Origin: Lama glama
Taxonomy: Eukaryota
NCBI GenBank assembly: GCA_028534125.1
Contig: CM052824.1
Location: 2,728,001 to 2,792,000 of the forward strand
Direction of reading: 5' to 3'
Length of the DNA: 64,000 bases
In this document: piece by piece, positions 21,540 to 35,499 of the stretch
How positions within the stretch are numbered: position 1 is the stretch's first letter
How the letters are laid out: each line of letters opens with the position of its first letter
The notes under the pieces: generated by a model
Database searches by the model: none
Seen by the model: only the letters and a program-made list of their open reading frames with translations
What the model was told of the DNA's origin: nothing
Program-made: the position numbers and the translations under genes

Positions 21540-22510
21540 GGTGGCGCCCGGGCGCCGTCCTATTTCTCCCCACCCCGCTCCAGCCCCCACCCCACCCCGA
21601 GCGATCGCAGGGAGCGCCAGAGGGTCGGGGTGGCGGCGAGAACTGGGCGGCAGAGGCGCTGGGAAGGCCTCGGCTGCCCCCGGGACCCCTGCGGAGGCAG
21701 CGGGCAGGGGCCGCGCGACAGGGAGGCGGGGGGAGGTCCGGGGCCGGAGCATCGGGACGCAGCCGGCCGCCCGCCGCGCGCCGCCCCCTGCCGGCGGCCC
21801 GTCCCGCGCGCCCCAAGTCGCCGCGGGNNNNNNNNNNNNNNNNNNNNNNNNNNNNNNNNNNNNNNNNNNNNNNNNNNNNNNNNNNNNNNNNNNNNNNNNN
21901 NNNNNNNNNNNNNNNNNNNNNNNNNNNNNNNNNNNNNNNNNNNNNNNNNNNNNNNNNNNNNNNNNNNGAGCCGCGCGGCCGCCGAGCGGCGGGAAAGCGC
22001 CCGCCCCGGGCCTCGCGCCGCGGGGCCGCAGGCGCGGCGGGTGCGCGCGTGCGGTGGAGAGCGCGGCCGCCCGGCCCCGGCGCGCAGCCCCGAGAGGGCC
22101 CGGCGCGGCCCGCGCTGCGTAGGAGGCGGGCGCGCGGGGCGCCGGCCGGGTGGTGTCACTTTTCCCGTCCACCCCACTGTTGACTCGTCCCCCCAGCGGG
22201 GCAGAGTTGGCGCGCTGTGCCAGACTTGCAGGGTACGCCCAGCGCGGGGGTGTGGGTGTGTGTCAGAGGGTGGCATTTGCTCAGACATGGAGCCCACCCG
22301 AGAGCGGGGGCTTGGAGTTGATTTAGGGGAGAAGTCCCAAGGGCCTGGATCCCATTGTCCTTTGAAGGAAGAGAGGCTAGAGCTCGCTCTCTCGGTTTCT
22401 CTCGGTCTCCCACAGCCCTTCCTTTCTTCCTCAGCAAGTTCACGGGGCGAACGCTGGCCAGGAAGCCCTCGCTCTGCTCTCCGCTAGCCTGCGGCCTTCG
22501 GTAAGCCGCT
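21540..22510. promoter_or_regulatory. Second CpG island 3.3-4.2 kb upstream of CCN1 (contains gap 21828-21967)
   Basis: Extreme GC/CpG density with multiple GC boxes; no coding signature. Confidence 0.88.
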
Positions 22511-25500
22511 CCTCCTCTCTGGACCTTGTATCCTTCAGCAGTTATTTGGGAAAGGAGACAGCAGGTAGTAAAACTGGAGCAGCCCTATTCAGCGCTAAAT
22601 TCCATGCCATCATCTCCTAATAATGACAGAAGCCGAAGCTTATACAGGTTCAGTCTGCGTCAAGCCCCGTTTTGAATGCCTGCCATTTATTCACTTGATT
22701 TTCCACTGCCCCATAAACGTAGATCCTCTTAATAACACCATTTTCTACCTAAATGAGGAGGTGGAGGCACAGAAGGTAAATGTCTCGCCAAAGGGCCCTC
22801 ACCTAGCAAATAGCATAACTGGACCCAGCCATCTTGGTCCCAACCGGCCTTGCATTTAACCCCTGTGCCTGCTCCCCATCTCTTACTTCAGACGTTGAGG
22901 CCGTGCCTTCCTCTGGAACTCAGCCTTTATTTAACTCTATCACAACTTACCCAGATCTTCCAGGATAAAGACATCAGATAGAAAAGTAGTTGATAAGTTA
23001 ACTGAAGCTGTGCTAACCTCTAAGAATTGCCTAATGGCTCTTGCAGAGGAGAGGGAAGGGGGTGCGACATTGGAACAGAAAAAGCCGTAGTGCAAGTACG
23101 TTTATATAGTGGATTTCTGGGCAGCTTGGCAGGTGGTAGGGGAAGATATCCAAGCCTTTGGGGTCCTTCTGATACCCTACAAGCCACACTGATCAGGCAG
23201 TCCCTACTTCTGGAGTAAGGAAGGCTTGGCAGGGTAGCAACTATATTTGTCACTAAGAAAGTTTTCAGCATTATTTCATAATTCATCAGTCTGCTTGTTC
23301 TTCATGGACCAAATCTACTTTTAACTTGTTTTTTTTCCCAATCATATGTTGTGAGTATAATTACCTATGTATCTGAAGACAAATGGTTTATCCTCTCTGA
23401 AGCCCAGATTTACTCAGAGCTCATGATATGTCATGGCACCATTGTAGGCACTGGTGACATAAAAAAAGAGGACTTAAACATCGACCTTCCCCGATGGACT
23501 TTATAATCCATTGCTAAAGTGGGTACAAAGTGCTGTGTGGACACTTCGGGCCTGGGGAGTGAAGATGGAACCACTCTGAGTTCCATACAGATGAGCAAGA
23601 ATCTGATACAGGGAAAGATATCTGAGACAGAGGGAAGAAGAGCCTTGACCATGCATAATGAAGACCATCTAGTGAGGCTGGGCTGTAGAATTCCTTTGGG
23701 GAACTGGCAGGATAGGGCAGCTGGGATCTTCTGCAAATGGCCTCGCCCGTGGCACTGGGACTCTGCCTATAGGCAGGGGTGAGCCATGGGAGGTTTTGCC
23801 TGGGTTTTCTCATCTATAAGAGAATGGGGTTGCCCCAGCTCAGGGGACATGCACTGAAGGGCTCACAGGGATCAGGCATTCCCGGCATTATCACCAGCTG
23901 ACGCTGGCCTCAGCATGGAGGATGGGGGAACTTCATGGGGGCGCTGAGTGGTTGGTAGATGAAAATGTAGGTCTAGTATTTGCTTATTTTCTTATTTTAA
24001 AAAAGAGATACCAGAGCTACCAGAGCCCTGGATTTTTATATGAAGTCTTTTCATTTTTAAAATGTTAATAGTTAATTAAAACAAGGCTCAAATGCCATTT
24101 AAGTTAACCCTAGGAAAACCCAAGAAGTCAATGTCATGGAGCTGGCAGCTGTGATCTCCGGACTGCAGGTCTCTGAGAAGCTGTCCCGCTCTGGCGTTCT
24201 GTAACTCCCAGCCTCCGTGAAATGTTAAGGAATAGCACCATGGGCTCCAGTTCATTGTCATGTTGGCTAGACTTCCATTTGTTTAAGAATCAGGGCTGTC
24301 ACTTGACTCAGCGGTGAGAGTTTACACTTTATCCACAAAATTGGAATAAGTGTGTTTTTTTCTCTTATCTTCTACTTTCCATGGTCCCCAAACACTACTC
24401 AGTCACCCTCTTACTTCTCCCCTTGAATTTATGTTGTAAGCAACAGGCATTGCCTTGGCAGCATGATAGGAAATACTTTTTTTTTTTCAGGGCATTCGTA
24501 ACCAGTGAGAATGATGTCTGTTTATTTCCTCCACCTGGCATCTGTCCACAGGAAGCCAGGCATTTCTAACCCCTTTACCTTACAGAACTTCTTGTTTTGT
24601 CATAACAAAGAAACATTTCAAAGGAATGGACTGGAAGGCGCTTCTCCCACTCTACCCTGCAATCTATCTTCTAGACTAGATTGAGCAATGTGAGGTGTAT
24701 TAATTATAAATCACTATCAGATGGGTTGGTTCCATATTCTGGGATTAAGAAGCAACCTTCACCTCTTGTGTTTTATTTCCAGAGATACCAGTCTCTCAAT
24801 TGCCCACTTCAAACCACACATACCACATTCAGAATTTCGAAGGGATTTAATGTGGGCACAGTACATGAGGGCACTGATAGTCCTACAGAGAGACGGAAGG
24901 CATTTTTTCATGCCAGCTTTTTGCAGAACTGAGGATTCAGTGTAAAGGAGGATCCCGGCATTTGGGCTGATTATGTGAAATAAGGCATAAGATGTGTTTA
25001 ATGCTCAGCAGGATGCTTGGCATATAGTAAAGGTTTAATAAATTATAAATATTTCCACTGTAAGCACCACTATTATCTTTACTTTTACTACAGTTAGCAT
25101 AGAGTGAGCTAGATTTATTCTCTAGAGAATAGTCAGTATCCTTTAGACTAAATGAGCTCTAGTTATAAAAGCATTTGATAAATGGTATACAGATGATGTG
25201 ATTTATAAGATCTACGCAGCCCAGTATCCTGGCTTGCAGTGGGGCCCAGTGACCATCTAAGAAAGCACTGAGTGGCTTTGTCTGCCATGGAATTGCAGTT
25301 TTGCCTGCAAGCAGTGTTGAGCCATGTGAGGTCTTTGCCTGTGTTTCCTCATCTGTAAGATGATGAGGTTGCCCCAACTCAAGGGCCGTGCACTCAAGTG
25401 CCCCAGGGATCAGCCAAACACAAAACACCATGTCTGGGGATTTATGCCAGCTGACACTTGGCCTCAGAGTTGCGAGCCATGGGGACAGCTGTATCTCTGG

Positions 25501-26303
25501 GGCCTGGGTTTTGCCTACCAAAGACAAGGCAGCTAATATAGAGATGAGTTAGTGATCTCATTGAATGTTTATAAAGAACTTTGTAGGGTAGTTTATTTTT
25601 ATTTAAAAGATGAGAAGACAGAGCTGTTAAGGTAGAGCAGAGTGTCTGTCTCCAAAGGCCATTCTTTTGAGGGAGAACATGGTATTTGCCTTCCATGAAA
25701 TCTACCCTCCATGAGACTCTAGGCACTTGCCCCTAACTTCTTGACTTCACCTTAACAACTGATTGTGAATTTGTCACTTAAATATTTTTCTAAATGTGAG
25801 CTTATCTGTGTTTTCAGTCATCGTGGACCCTACTTTCTTCACGAGAGGCTGGCAATGAATGAGTTACACAGTAAAAGACAGTTCCGTCCCCAGGAACCCT
25901 TGCCTGAGCTTGTTCCCATTTCCTCTGAAGAGAAAGAGATGTGTCAGAGCAGAGGAGGAACTCGGAGATTGAAAGATACTTCTGACTTAGTCATCACCGT
26001 CCCGACTTTGTTACCTGAGGCAGAGGGTACTGCCACCTCCCTTGGCGTGGTTGCCCTCACAACAGAGCTGCTAAGCACGGAGCCCTCAGGCACGCACCAA
26101 GCACACCCTGTGTGCACCTTGTGCGAGGTGTCCCTGAGCCCTGGATGCGGGCTTGGGTCAGGTGCCCAAGGTTATGGCAATACATAAAAAGCATAGAGCA
26201 ATTTGAGGCTAGTTCAACGCATTTCTCTGACATCTTTTATCCACTCTTCTTTGAATAGATTTTAGCTTTCAAAAGAAAAAGCTTTTTCTAAACAGTCAAT
26301 TCT

Positions 26304-26626
26304 CTTTTATTTTTTGTAGTTGTTTCTAACTTTTAAAAAAATTGAGATATAATTGACATCTAACTTTATGTTAGTTTTAGGGGTACAATATAATGATTCT
26401 ATTTATGTATACATTGGGAACTGATCACCACAGCAGGTCTAGTTCACATCTATCACCTCACATAATTACTATTTTTTTTTGATGAGTAGAACTTTTAAGA
26501 TCTACTCTCTTAGCACCTTTCAAATATACAATACAGTACTATGAACTATAATCACCATGCTGCCCATGACATCCTCAGGATTTATTTATTTTGTAACTGG
26601 AAGTTTGTGCCTTTTGATCACCACCC
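26304..26626 (-). mobile_element. L1 3' end fragment
   Basis: attgagatataattgacat...ttttaagatctactctcttagc...; TSD aaacagtcaattct (26290-26303) / aaacagttgattct (26627-26640). Confidence 0.85.
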
Positions 26627-29600
26627 AAACAGTTGATTCTTAAAGGACAAAGATAATACGTGTTCAATGCTTGAACTTTCTGAGGCTCAGGGAAAGGCTG
26701 CCAGGGGGCTTATGAAGTGTGGCATCTATACTAAAGCACTGCAGACCCAGAGGATGGATGGTTTGGTTCAATCCTATAAATATGCTGTGAATGACTGGCT
26801 TCATGCTAGTTGGCAATGCAAAAAGGAGTCACACCTTGACCTTGCAATTGTGGCTCTCATAGCCTAGGGGAGATCTAGGTGCTTAAACAGGAAATATAAT
26901 ACAGTGATCTGTGTTCTGAGTGCAGTGCAGCCAGATTGCTTTGAGAGTCCGGACAAGGGACTTTGAGTCCCACCCTTTAAAGGTGTGAGGTCTTGGTCAG
27001 TTTGTATATTTTGATGGATAGGACAAGTATGCCCAGTTATACACAAGCACTAACATATACTTTCCCCTTGAAGCTGGTGATTGCAGAGAACACAGGCATC
27101 TTCACGAGGCAATAGAAAACACCTAAAAGTGAGAAGCTTAGGATGAGCCTCTGAAAATGCATTGATTACAGACAAGCCCAGCTCTTTGGGCGCTGCTGGA
27201 AATTATCACTCCGGATCCCTCTTTCTGCTGGGGAGGGAAGGGAACTGACATTTACAAGGCAACTGACATGAGCCAAATGCCTTAAAGGTTGTCTCCCCTG
27301 ATGTCCAAGGAGATCTTCTAAGATGAACATTTGAGCATCTTTCTAGGCTGAGGAAGTCGAGGTTCAGAGAAGTTAGACAATTGGCCCGAGCTCAGACAGT
27401 TAGAACTTGACCAAATGAGGATTCTAATCCGGAGCTCTCTGACTCAGTGCCTGTGCGTGCCCTTTCTCCATGTCTGCTGCTCTGTCCTGGCTCCCAAGTT
27501 CCACTCTCTTTATGAGTGTTTGCTCTTTTTTCTGTTTTCTTTTATTGTTATCACACTGCCTTCAGAGAGCCAGCCCTTTCACCTTTCCGTGGCACTTTCG
27601 GATGCATTGAAGTCTTTGAGCCACTGGTGAGCCTAACGTCTAAAAAGAGGTGCAAGTTAAAGTGAATGGGGTCATTATCATCATCATCATAATCAGAGAA
27701 CAAGCACGGTGATCCTGAGCCTGCAGTTACATTTGCTTCCTTGCTAGGCACTAGGTAGAACGATTTGGGTAAATGTGATTTCTGTTTTCTAGAGACAGAT
27801 GTTCCCCTGGATGTGGAGTTTAATTGGAAATAATGCAGGAAATATGATTTGGGGATTTTGTGTTTCAAAAGACCGAGGGGTCTGCCATGGCAGTCTAAGG
27901 CTGCACAAAAGTAATGTAGAGGCTCTATAAAGGCAGGATGGTAACAATAAAGTAGAAAAAGAGCAAACGCTCATAAAAGAAGTGGAAACTCAGGAGGAAG
28001 TGAGATGACTCTATGAAAAGGGTATTGGACAGTGCACTGAAGTGCGTGTGTGCGTGCGTGCGCATGTGTGTTTTGGGGGGAGGTAAGGGTAGGGGAAGGG
28101 ATGAGAAGAACACAGTGAATTATGACATTCCTGTCGATTCCTTATCTTTTCTTGTTAGCACAGCTCATCCGGACTCCACCCGCATTTCTTTTCTCTGGAC
28201 TGTCTGCACTTTCAAGGTCGTTGCTCTGCTATTTTGAATGGAGAAGTCCTTGGGTCTCAGTCCAGGAAAGATGGCCAGAAAGGGCCTGCTTTCATAGTTG
28301 GGCCATCCTGCAAGCACTGTTTTCCAGAGCCTGCATTCTGAAAAACCGGGGCCTAGGAAGGAGGTAGGGGATGAAGGTGGGTGTGGGGGTAAAATCCGGG
28401 AAGCCTTTTGAAATGAATGAAGTGAGAATTGAGACAATTTCCACGTGAAGTCACCTCTCCACGTATTTGTCATTAACTGTCTGGGACCAAATGGGGCTAA
28501 TTTAGCATCATGCTGGAAAGTCTGTAACGTGAACCACGTCCTAGGGCCGGAGCATCCAGGTTTTGATCCTTTGTGAACGCCCCTCTTTTGGAATTCCATC
28601 TGGTGTCAGTACATAGGAACTAAGGGCTGTGCCAGGTTGTGAGTCATCACTCCCTGCTTCCTTCCAGAGCACCGTGGGAAAAGCATAGGCAGACTGGCTC
28701 AGATCAAACCCAGTCCCACCCAAACGCTCACTGAAGGCTGGAAACAAATCCATTTAAAAAATGTTTTAAAAATTGAACTGAACTCAGGAAAGAGATTATA
28801 AGCTTCTGTTCTTTGGTTTCAACTTGGATCTGAAGCCTTGTTTTGCTTTCTGTTAACTCTCAAAGCTCACTTTGGGTGTTATCTGTAACCCTTTAGGATT
28901 TTTAGGGGGTTTCCACTTGCCTTTTAAAGGACATTTATTAACTGGTTCCACCATGCTAGGGTTTGGGGATACAAATTTGACTAAGATGTGGCCCCTGACT
29001 TTGAGGACAGCACAGTTTAGAGTGGTGAGGGCATGGGTCATATTGTGTGTGTAAATGCTGTGTGATAAACCTGTTCATAAGGATACAGTGTACAGAGACT
29101 GCCTGAGGATCCTTGTCTGAACACGGCTCTGTGCTGGGGTTGGTGGTCCTCCCATTGCACTGGATGGTGTTGCTCTTGGAAGTTCCAGTACTTCTCCTGC
29201 AGAGCTTGAAAGAACAGGCTATGTTCTTGTCTGCTTGGACATAAATGACTGTGCTTAGAACATAGTAAGAGCATGAGTCTTGAGGGTCCTCTAACAATCT
29301 CTCATTGATAAAGGCTTGGCTATTTTTGTTCTGAATGCCTTTTCACTTCCCTTCGGTAAGCAATCCGGGCTTCCTGACAGGGTGGCCTTCTGTCTTCTGG
29401 CGTTCCGAAGATAACTGGCGGACATGTGAGTTATGTTCTTGGCCTTACCTGCAATGGTGCAGACTGAACCCCAAGATTTCTGTTATGTAGTTTTAAAGAT
29501 GAGCCCCGTTACTTGAGGCCTTTTTCCTAGGCACTGGACCACACTGGAAGTGGACAAGAAAGGAGAGCAGATGGGGCAAGAGGACCATTCTCTGGGATTC

Positions 29601-29669
29601 CGTTACATTCGGTAGCATTTAAGAGTGTTGTTTAATTTGATTCCACCACTGTTTTGTGGTGTGCCGGCT

Positions 29670-30620
29670 GGTGTTATTTCTTTTGTTTACTCTGGGTTCA
29701 GTTTTCTCTTATTTGCCACGCTTCTTAACTTGGAAGGTGAGGCCACTGATTTAAGATCTTTTTCTTTCTTTTATAAGCATTTAGTGCTGTAGATTTCCCT
29801 ATGGATGCTCCAACTACATCTCACAAATGTTGATACACAGTGCTTTTATTTTCATTCATTTTAAAGGACTTTTAAATTTCCTTTTCTATTTCTTCCTGAC
29901 TCCTAGGTTGTTTGAACATGTGTTATTTCGGATCCAAATATTTGGATATTTTCCAGGCATTATTCTGTTATTTATTTCTAGTTTAGTTTCATTGTAGTCA
30001 AAAAATAAACTTTTTGATTCTTTTAAAAATATTTTCCACTTCTCTTCTCATTGTATTTATGTATTACTTAATTTTTTGTTTGTTTGTTTGTTTGTTTTTG
30101 CTTGGGGGGAGGTAATTAGGTTTATTTATTAATTTTTTTCTAATGGAGGTATTGGGGATTGAATCCAGGATTTCGTGCATGCTAAGCACGTGCTCTACCA
30201 CTGAGCTACACCCTCCCCTACATTTTACTTTATACACTTGTACGTAGCTATAATAGCTGTTTTAATGTTATCTTCTAGTGTCATTATCTCTGTCATTTCT
30301 AGGTTTGTTTCTATTGTTTAATTTTTCTCCAGATTCTCGATCACATGTTCCTGCTCCTTGGCATGCCTAGTAACTTGTAACTGGGAACTGAGTGTTATTA
30401 TGTTGTTGAGTTTCTGTATTTGTCTTCTTTCTTTAAATAGTGTGGCACTGTGTTTTGGCGAGTAGTTAAGTTACGTGCAGATCAGTTTGACCCTTTCAAG
30501 GCCTTATACTTTCCTAGGGCAGATCTAGAATAGCCTTCACTCGAGAGACAGTTCAGGCTAACTACTAAGATATGACTCTACTGGTGTCTCTGTTGAATGA
30601 CCTGGGATGTTACCGACGTC
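29670..30620 (-). mobile_element. Old degraded L1 fragment(s)
   Basis: T-rich antisense L1-like sequence (gcatttagtgctgtagatttccct, ttttattttcattcatt). Confidence 0.6.
30071..30221 (-). mobile_element. vic-1-like SINE with (CAAA)n tail, inserted in an old L1
   Basis: Same A/B-box core as the 1054-1153 copy. Confidence 0.85.
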
Positions 30621-31194
30621 TCTGTATTCTACTAGTCAAAGCCAAATGCAATTTAAAGAAGATGGTCAGGAATGGCTTCAGTGAGAAAGCGAAGATTTAT
30701 ACTTTTGTTTTGCCTTTCGTTACCAGAGCAGTGGGTTTGAATTCTTTTAATAGTATTGATCTATAATGTCAAACTGCTTTCCAAAAATCATAACATTTTC
30801 TACTTCTACGAACAGTTTAGGGGAGTGCCTGATTCACAATACCTTTCCAGTACTGAGTTTATGTTTAAAACATTATAGTATAATCTCTAGGAAGGAATAT
30901 CATGAGACCATTAGAATCATGCTTTCTGAAAACTGACGACTTGGGGGAAGAGCTCTCAAAACAATGTTAATTGAACAAAAGCAGGGATCCTCTGAGAATG
31001 CAGCTGACTGGGCTGTTGAAAGGAACGTCTTGGCAGCATCTCCCACCTAACTGGGAACTTGCGAAAGTTGCATAACTGGTCAGCCCATGTCCATGGAAGG
31101 AAAGCAACTATCTGCCTTGGGTTGGTTTTATTTGTTTTGATTCATTTGGACCACATGTGTTTTCCTTGGTTTCCATTTTACACTTTAACACTGA

Positions 31195-31585
31195 ATATAT
31201 TATTTGCTAGGACTGCCGTGACGAAAGATCAGAGATTAGACGGCTTTAACAACAGAAACTTATTCTTTTACAGTTATGAAGGCCAGAAGTCCAAGGTCAG
31301 GGTTTTGGCAGGGTTGGTTTCTTCTGAAGCATCTAGCCTTGGCTCGTGGATGGCCATCCTTGTGTCTCCATATGGTCTTCCTGCTGCACATGTCTGAATC
31401 CATTTCTTCTTATAAAGCCACCAGACATGTTGGATTACCCCTAATTGGAATTACACCATAATGATCTCATGTTAACTTAACTACCTCTTTAAAAGGCCCT
31501 ATTTCTAAATATTGTCACATTATGAGGTACTGGGGGTTAGGACTTCTACATATTAATTTTGAGAGGATACAGTTCGGGCCATAAT
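31195..31585 (-). mobile_element. MaLR LTR (MLT1A-C-like)
   Basis: ggctttaacaacagaaactt...gaagtccaaggtcagggt...gtcacattatgaggtactgggggttaggacttc. Confidence 0.85.
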
Positions 31586-31659
31586 ACTGAATAAATTTAG
31601 CTCTTTCTTCAGATTCCTCGGGGATATAGCAGAGGCAGAAAGCCTATTTTTTTTTAATT

Positions 31660-31910
31660 CTGCAAGCGTAAACTCTAGATTCCGAAGTGCTTGGGGTGAA
31701 ATTCTGGCTCTCTCACTTCAGAGCTGTTCGACCTGGGCTAAGATACCTAGCCTCGCTCTAGGGCAGTGTCCTCACCTCCCAAATAGAGACAGTACGAGCC
31801 CGTAGCTCACGGGTTCATTGTCAGCATTCAGTGATGTACTTTATGCAGGTTTTGGAGAACAGTGCTTGCCGCAAAGCCATGTACTAGGAGTCCAATCAAG
31901 TTTAGCTGTT
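31660..31910 (+). mobile_element. MIR
   Basis: gggtgaaattctggctct...acctgggctaagatacctagcctc...agaacagtgcttg. Confidence 0.55.
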
Positions 31911-32283
31911 ATTGTGATGTCAAATTACCTCGTTAACACAGCTGTCTAACACTGTACTTGACACAGAAAGTGCAGTGATGAACACAGAAGATGTCTCTGT
32001 CTTCACGGAGGAAGGATTTTTTTTCCCCTGAATCTATGTGTCATTCTTATTTTTGGCAAGGGGATTTTTGTTCTCCTTTCAAAAATTCTGTGTAGAAATA
32101 CTTTTCTAAGTGATACTGAGCAATCAAAGCATGCTTGATCTCTTTGCCCTTCCCCTTGAAGGCGCTGACTCTTATATATGGTCTGTAGGGAGAGAGAAAG
32201 TCTGAAAGAAACCTGAAATGATAAATTTCTGGTAAGTTTCCTGTATCATTTTTATGGTCCTCTGTCTTTTCTCTACCTGTTAA

Positions 32284-32303
32284 ACACACACACACACACA
32301 CAC
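32284..32303. repeat. (AC)n microsatellite
   Basis: acacacacacacacacacac. Confidence 0.9.
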
Positions 32304-35300
32304 TTATACCCCTTTAGCTGTGCTGGACACATTTTCAAAATCCATGTGCCCAGATTGTGCACCTAGATAATGCTGTCCTGTGAGGTCACGGTATCTACTA
32401 TGTTAAGCCATCCTTCCAGAATGCTTTGATGACTAAAAATATGGATGATGTGTCTGTTCTTTGTACACCAGCTCTCTCACCCTCATGTGGGAACATGTGC
32501 TTTGGGTCCTTTTTCAAGCAAAGACTTGTGCTGATCTCCCTCATACATAAATTCTAGCTGTAGTATCACTTTGGGAAACGAATAGGATCCCAAAATAACC
32601 ACCAGGAGAAGCGTGTCATGAAAGGTCATGGCAATGGGGCAAAGGATGTTGGACAGAAGAGTTCTAAAAATAGGGAGTAAGAGATCAAAGAACCAGCAGC
32701 AATGAGGAACCATTTTTGGCTTTGATTCACAGAAGGAGGAGGCAACCCTCCCCAGCCTGCTCGTGCCTTCTGCTCGACGTGCCACTCACACCCCACTGGC
32801 GGATTGGTAGGGGGCTGGGAGGATCGTGAGCACATTTTTCTCTCCTGGGTGCTGACGGCCTTTACATCATTTTGATGACAAGGGTATTTATATAATGCTT
32901 AAAAGCATGTCAAAATAAGTAACATATGGAGACTTTTACCTTACTGCCATGTACCTAATATTGGAAGGAAAGTCAGACATGCCTGAGCAAGGATACTAAT
33001 TTCAGCTTTCTTTTGGACCCGATCTTTAGGTTTTCCAAGCTAAAGGTGACATTTCATCGTCTCCCAACATTGTTCCTGATGATTTGGTGTTTGCAAAGCT
33101 GAGCACCGAATTTCATGTGTGTGCACTACAAATTGGATCTGCAGGTCCAGCCACGTCAGACCCCATCAGCCACTCTGTAAGTTCCGTGGGAATGGGCTAT
33201 GGGTGTGGCTAGCTGCAGCTGAAGAAACTGATATTTTAGATATATTGTCCAATGTTCTCTGCCAGTGTTTGATGGGGTTTGGTCTCTGTCCAATGTTTGA
33301 TGATAATGAGGTAGGCAGAGTAAGATGTTACAAACATGGATCTCGAATAAATTTTGGGAGATGAGTGTGTGTGGCAGGGGAGGGGTGTGGTTTTGTTTTC
33401 TAATTCCACAGACTAGGGAATTAGAAAATCAGAGATGACTCCCATAATCTCTTGAAAAATCAGTTTCCTCAACAGTGAGACAGACTTATTGGCGCTTGCT
33501 TAGAGATGATACATGTGTGGAAGGGCTTGCAAACTGTGCTGTGCTGTGCAGGTGTTCCTTTTAAATCACACGGTTGTCAGAGAACTAGTCTGTGCATTCA
33601 AGTTCAATCCACCCTTTTCTATTCAAACAGGCTTCTTTTTATTCATTCTAAAACTATTTACTTCACTCCAGTGTGTAAGGTCCTATGCCGGGCACTAAGA
33701 AGCATTCAAAGATGACTCCTACCAGATCCTGCCCTCAAGGAATTTAGAGGACAAGGAGGCGCATAAGCCACTGAAAAATGCAGTGCTTGATTTTTGAAAT
33801 TTAGCTTCAAATGACTACATAATCGAACCTGATACCACATTTAAAAAGTGATCTAGCAGTCCTTCTTTATTTAAATATTTAAATCATATTGTATGTGTTA
33901 ATTAACATGCATTAGTCTGCTAATTGGCTAATTAATATGTATGCTATTAGTCAAGAAGATGGAGAAATGCGTGTGACAGAAAGGTGTCTTGACTGAAGAC
34001 AGGCAATCTGGGACACTGCAGTGATTAATGATGACTGACAGTGTGTTCGTCCCAGCCCTTGTTGAGTGATGGCTTTTCATTAGGCTTCTCAAACCAAAAC
34101 TGACCCGAAAACAATTGATTCTGTCTGGCCCTAAAGCCAATTTCTCCATTTGTTTTGATTCAAGGCTGTCAGCCTAAATCCATGAGTAAATGGCCCTTTT
34201 GTTTAACATTTTCACTGCAGTTATAGTTAACAAATCTCTGACTTTATTCTAAAACAGAGACAAAGTTGAGATTTCTACAGGAGACTGGGAATCCTAAGAT
34301 TTATGTGAAGGAAATACGCAGTTAGAATCCTGAAACCTATGTAATTTGTTGTCGATTTAATGAAAGTAAGATATTTGACTCATAAAATTTTTAGCCCTTT
34401 GAAAATCCCAACAAAATCTTAACTCTTGTAAAAAAAAAATCTAGCTTAACACATCTAGCACATTCTCAGTCAGAATTATGGCTTCAAAAATATTCACTGA
34501 ATAAGAATATGAAAGACCTTCTGAAAATATAGGACATGACTCTGATCTCCTCTCCCAGGAGAAGAAAGCTGCTTTAGAGATCAGAGATCTCACCATTTCC
34601 TTTCCAGGATAACTATGAGGGCCTGTACGCTGGTCTTGAGTCAGCCTCTCCTACGGGCATTAATAGGTTTAAATCAGTATGCGAGATCTTGAATAGGGTC
34701 CTGAGGAAAAAGAAGCTATTGTGAGCTCAGAAAAGAGGAATGTTTTATTTAGTGCTCAGAATAATGGCAGAACACTATTAGGGGGACTCTGTGGGTGCTA
34801 ATACTTAGTAATGAGTTCCACAGAACGATGAGAAGAGAAACGCAAATACTGTGTGAGCAACAAGTGTAACCTTCAAGTAGAGATGCTCACAGTGGGGACA
34901 GAAGCCTGGGTTGCCTTATGAGGGCAAGACATGCAGCTCCAGCCAGAGCCCTGAGAGAGTCCCTCCCCAGAGAGCCCAGCAGATGCCCACAGCTCTCCGG
35001 CTGCCGAGCACGCTGACTGAGATGCCTCAGGAGGCGCACGTGCCGACCTGTGTTGTCCCAGCTGCCCGTCGCCTCCCAGCAGACGGCACCACCAGCGTTG
35101 TCTCCCGTTTCGGAATTCAGTCAATTCATGCAACAGCTGTTTAGCGAGCCTCTGGTCTCAACCATCTCCCAGGCACGAAGACTCTGTTTCTCTGACCTCT
35201 GAGTTCTGCCTCTACAAAGTGCAGCAAGCTTGCACAGGCCTGTGATGGGACACCGTCTACGGGTCAGATCTGCAACACCGCCCTGTGCGGGGCACCTCTG

Positions 35301-35499
35301 GGCCCCCAATGGCTTCTGGCCTCATGTTCGCAGTTAAGGACTCAAGTCACTCATTGGTCCTCACCAAGCCCCCTAAATGTTTTCAAGGGAATCCCGGAAG
35401 TTTTTTGTCTCAAATTGGCTAGTGTTTGCAACCCTTTCAGAAGACTGATTCGCTTTAGAAATAAAAGGCAGGATCAGGATTCATTCATTCCTTGGCTTT

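Noticed and set aside
21413-22487. 200-285 aa ORFs in several frames over the second CGI
   Set aside because: GC-rich artefacts bridging an N gap; no similarity to the DDAH1 N-terminus or any domain I recognise.
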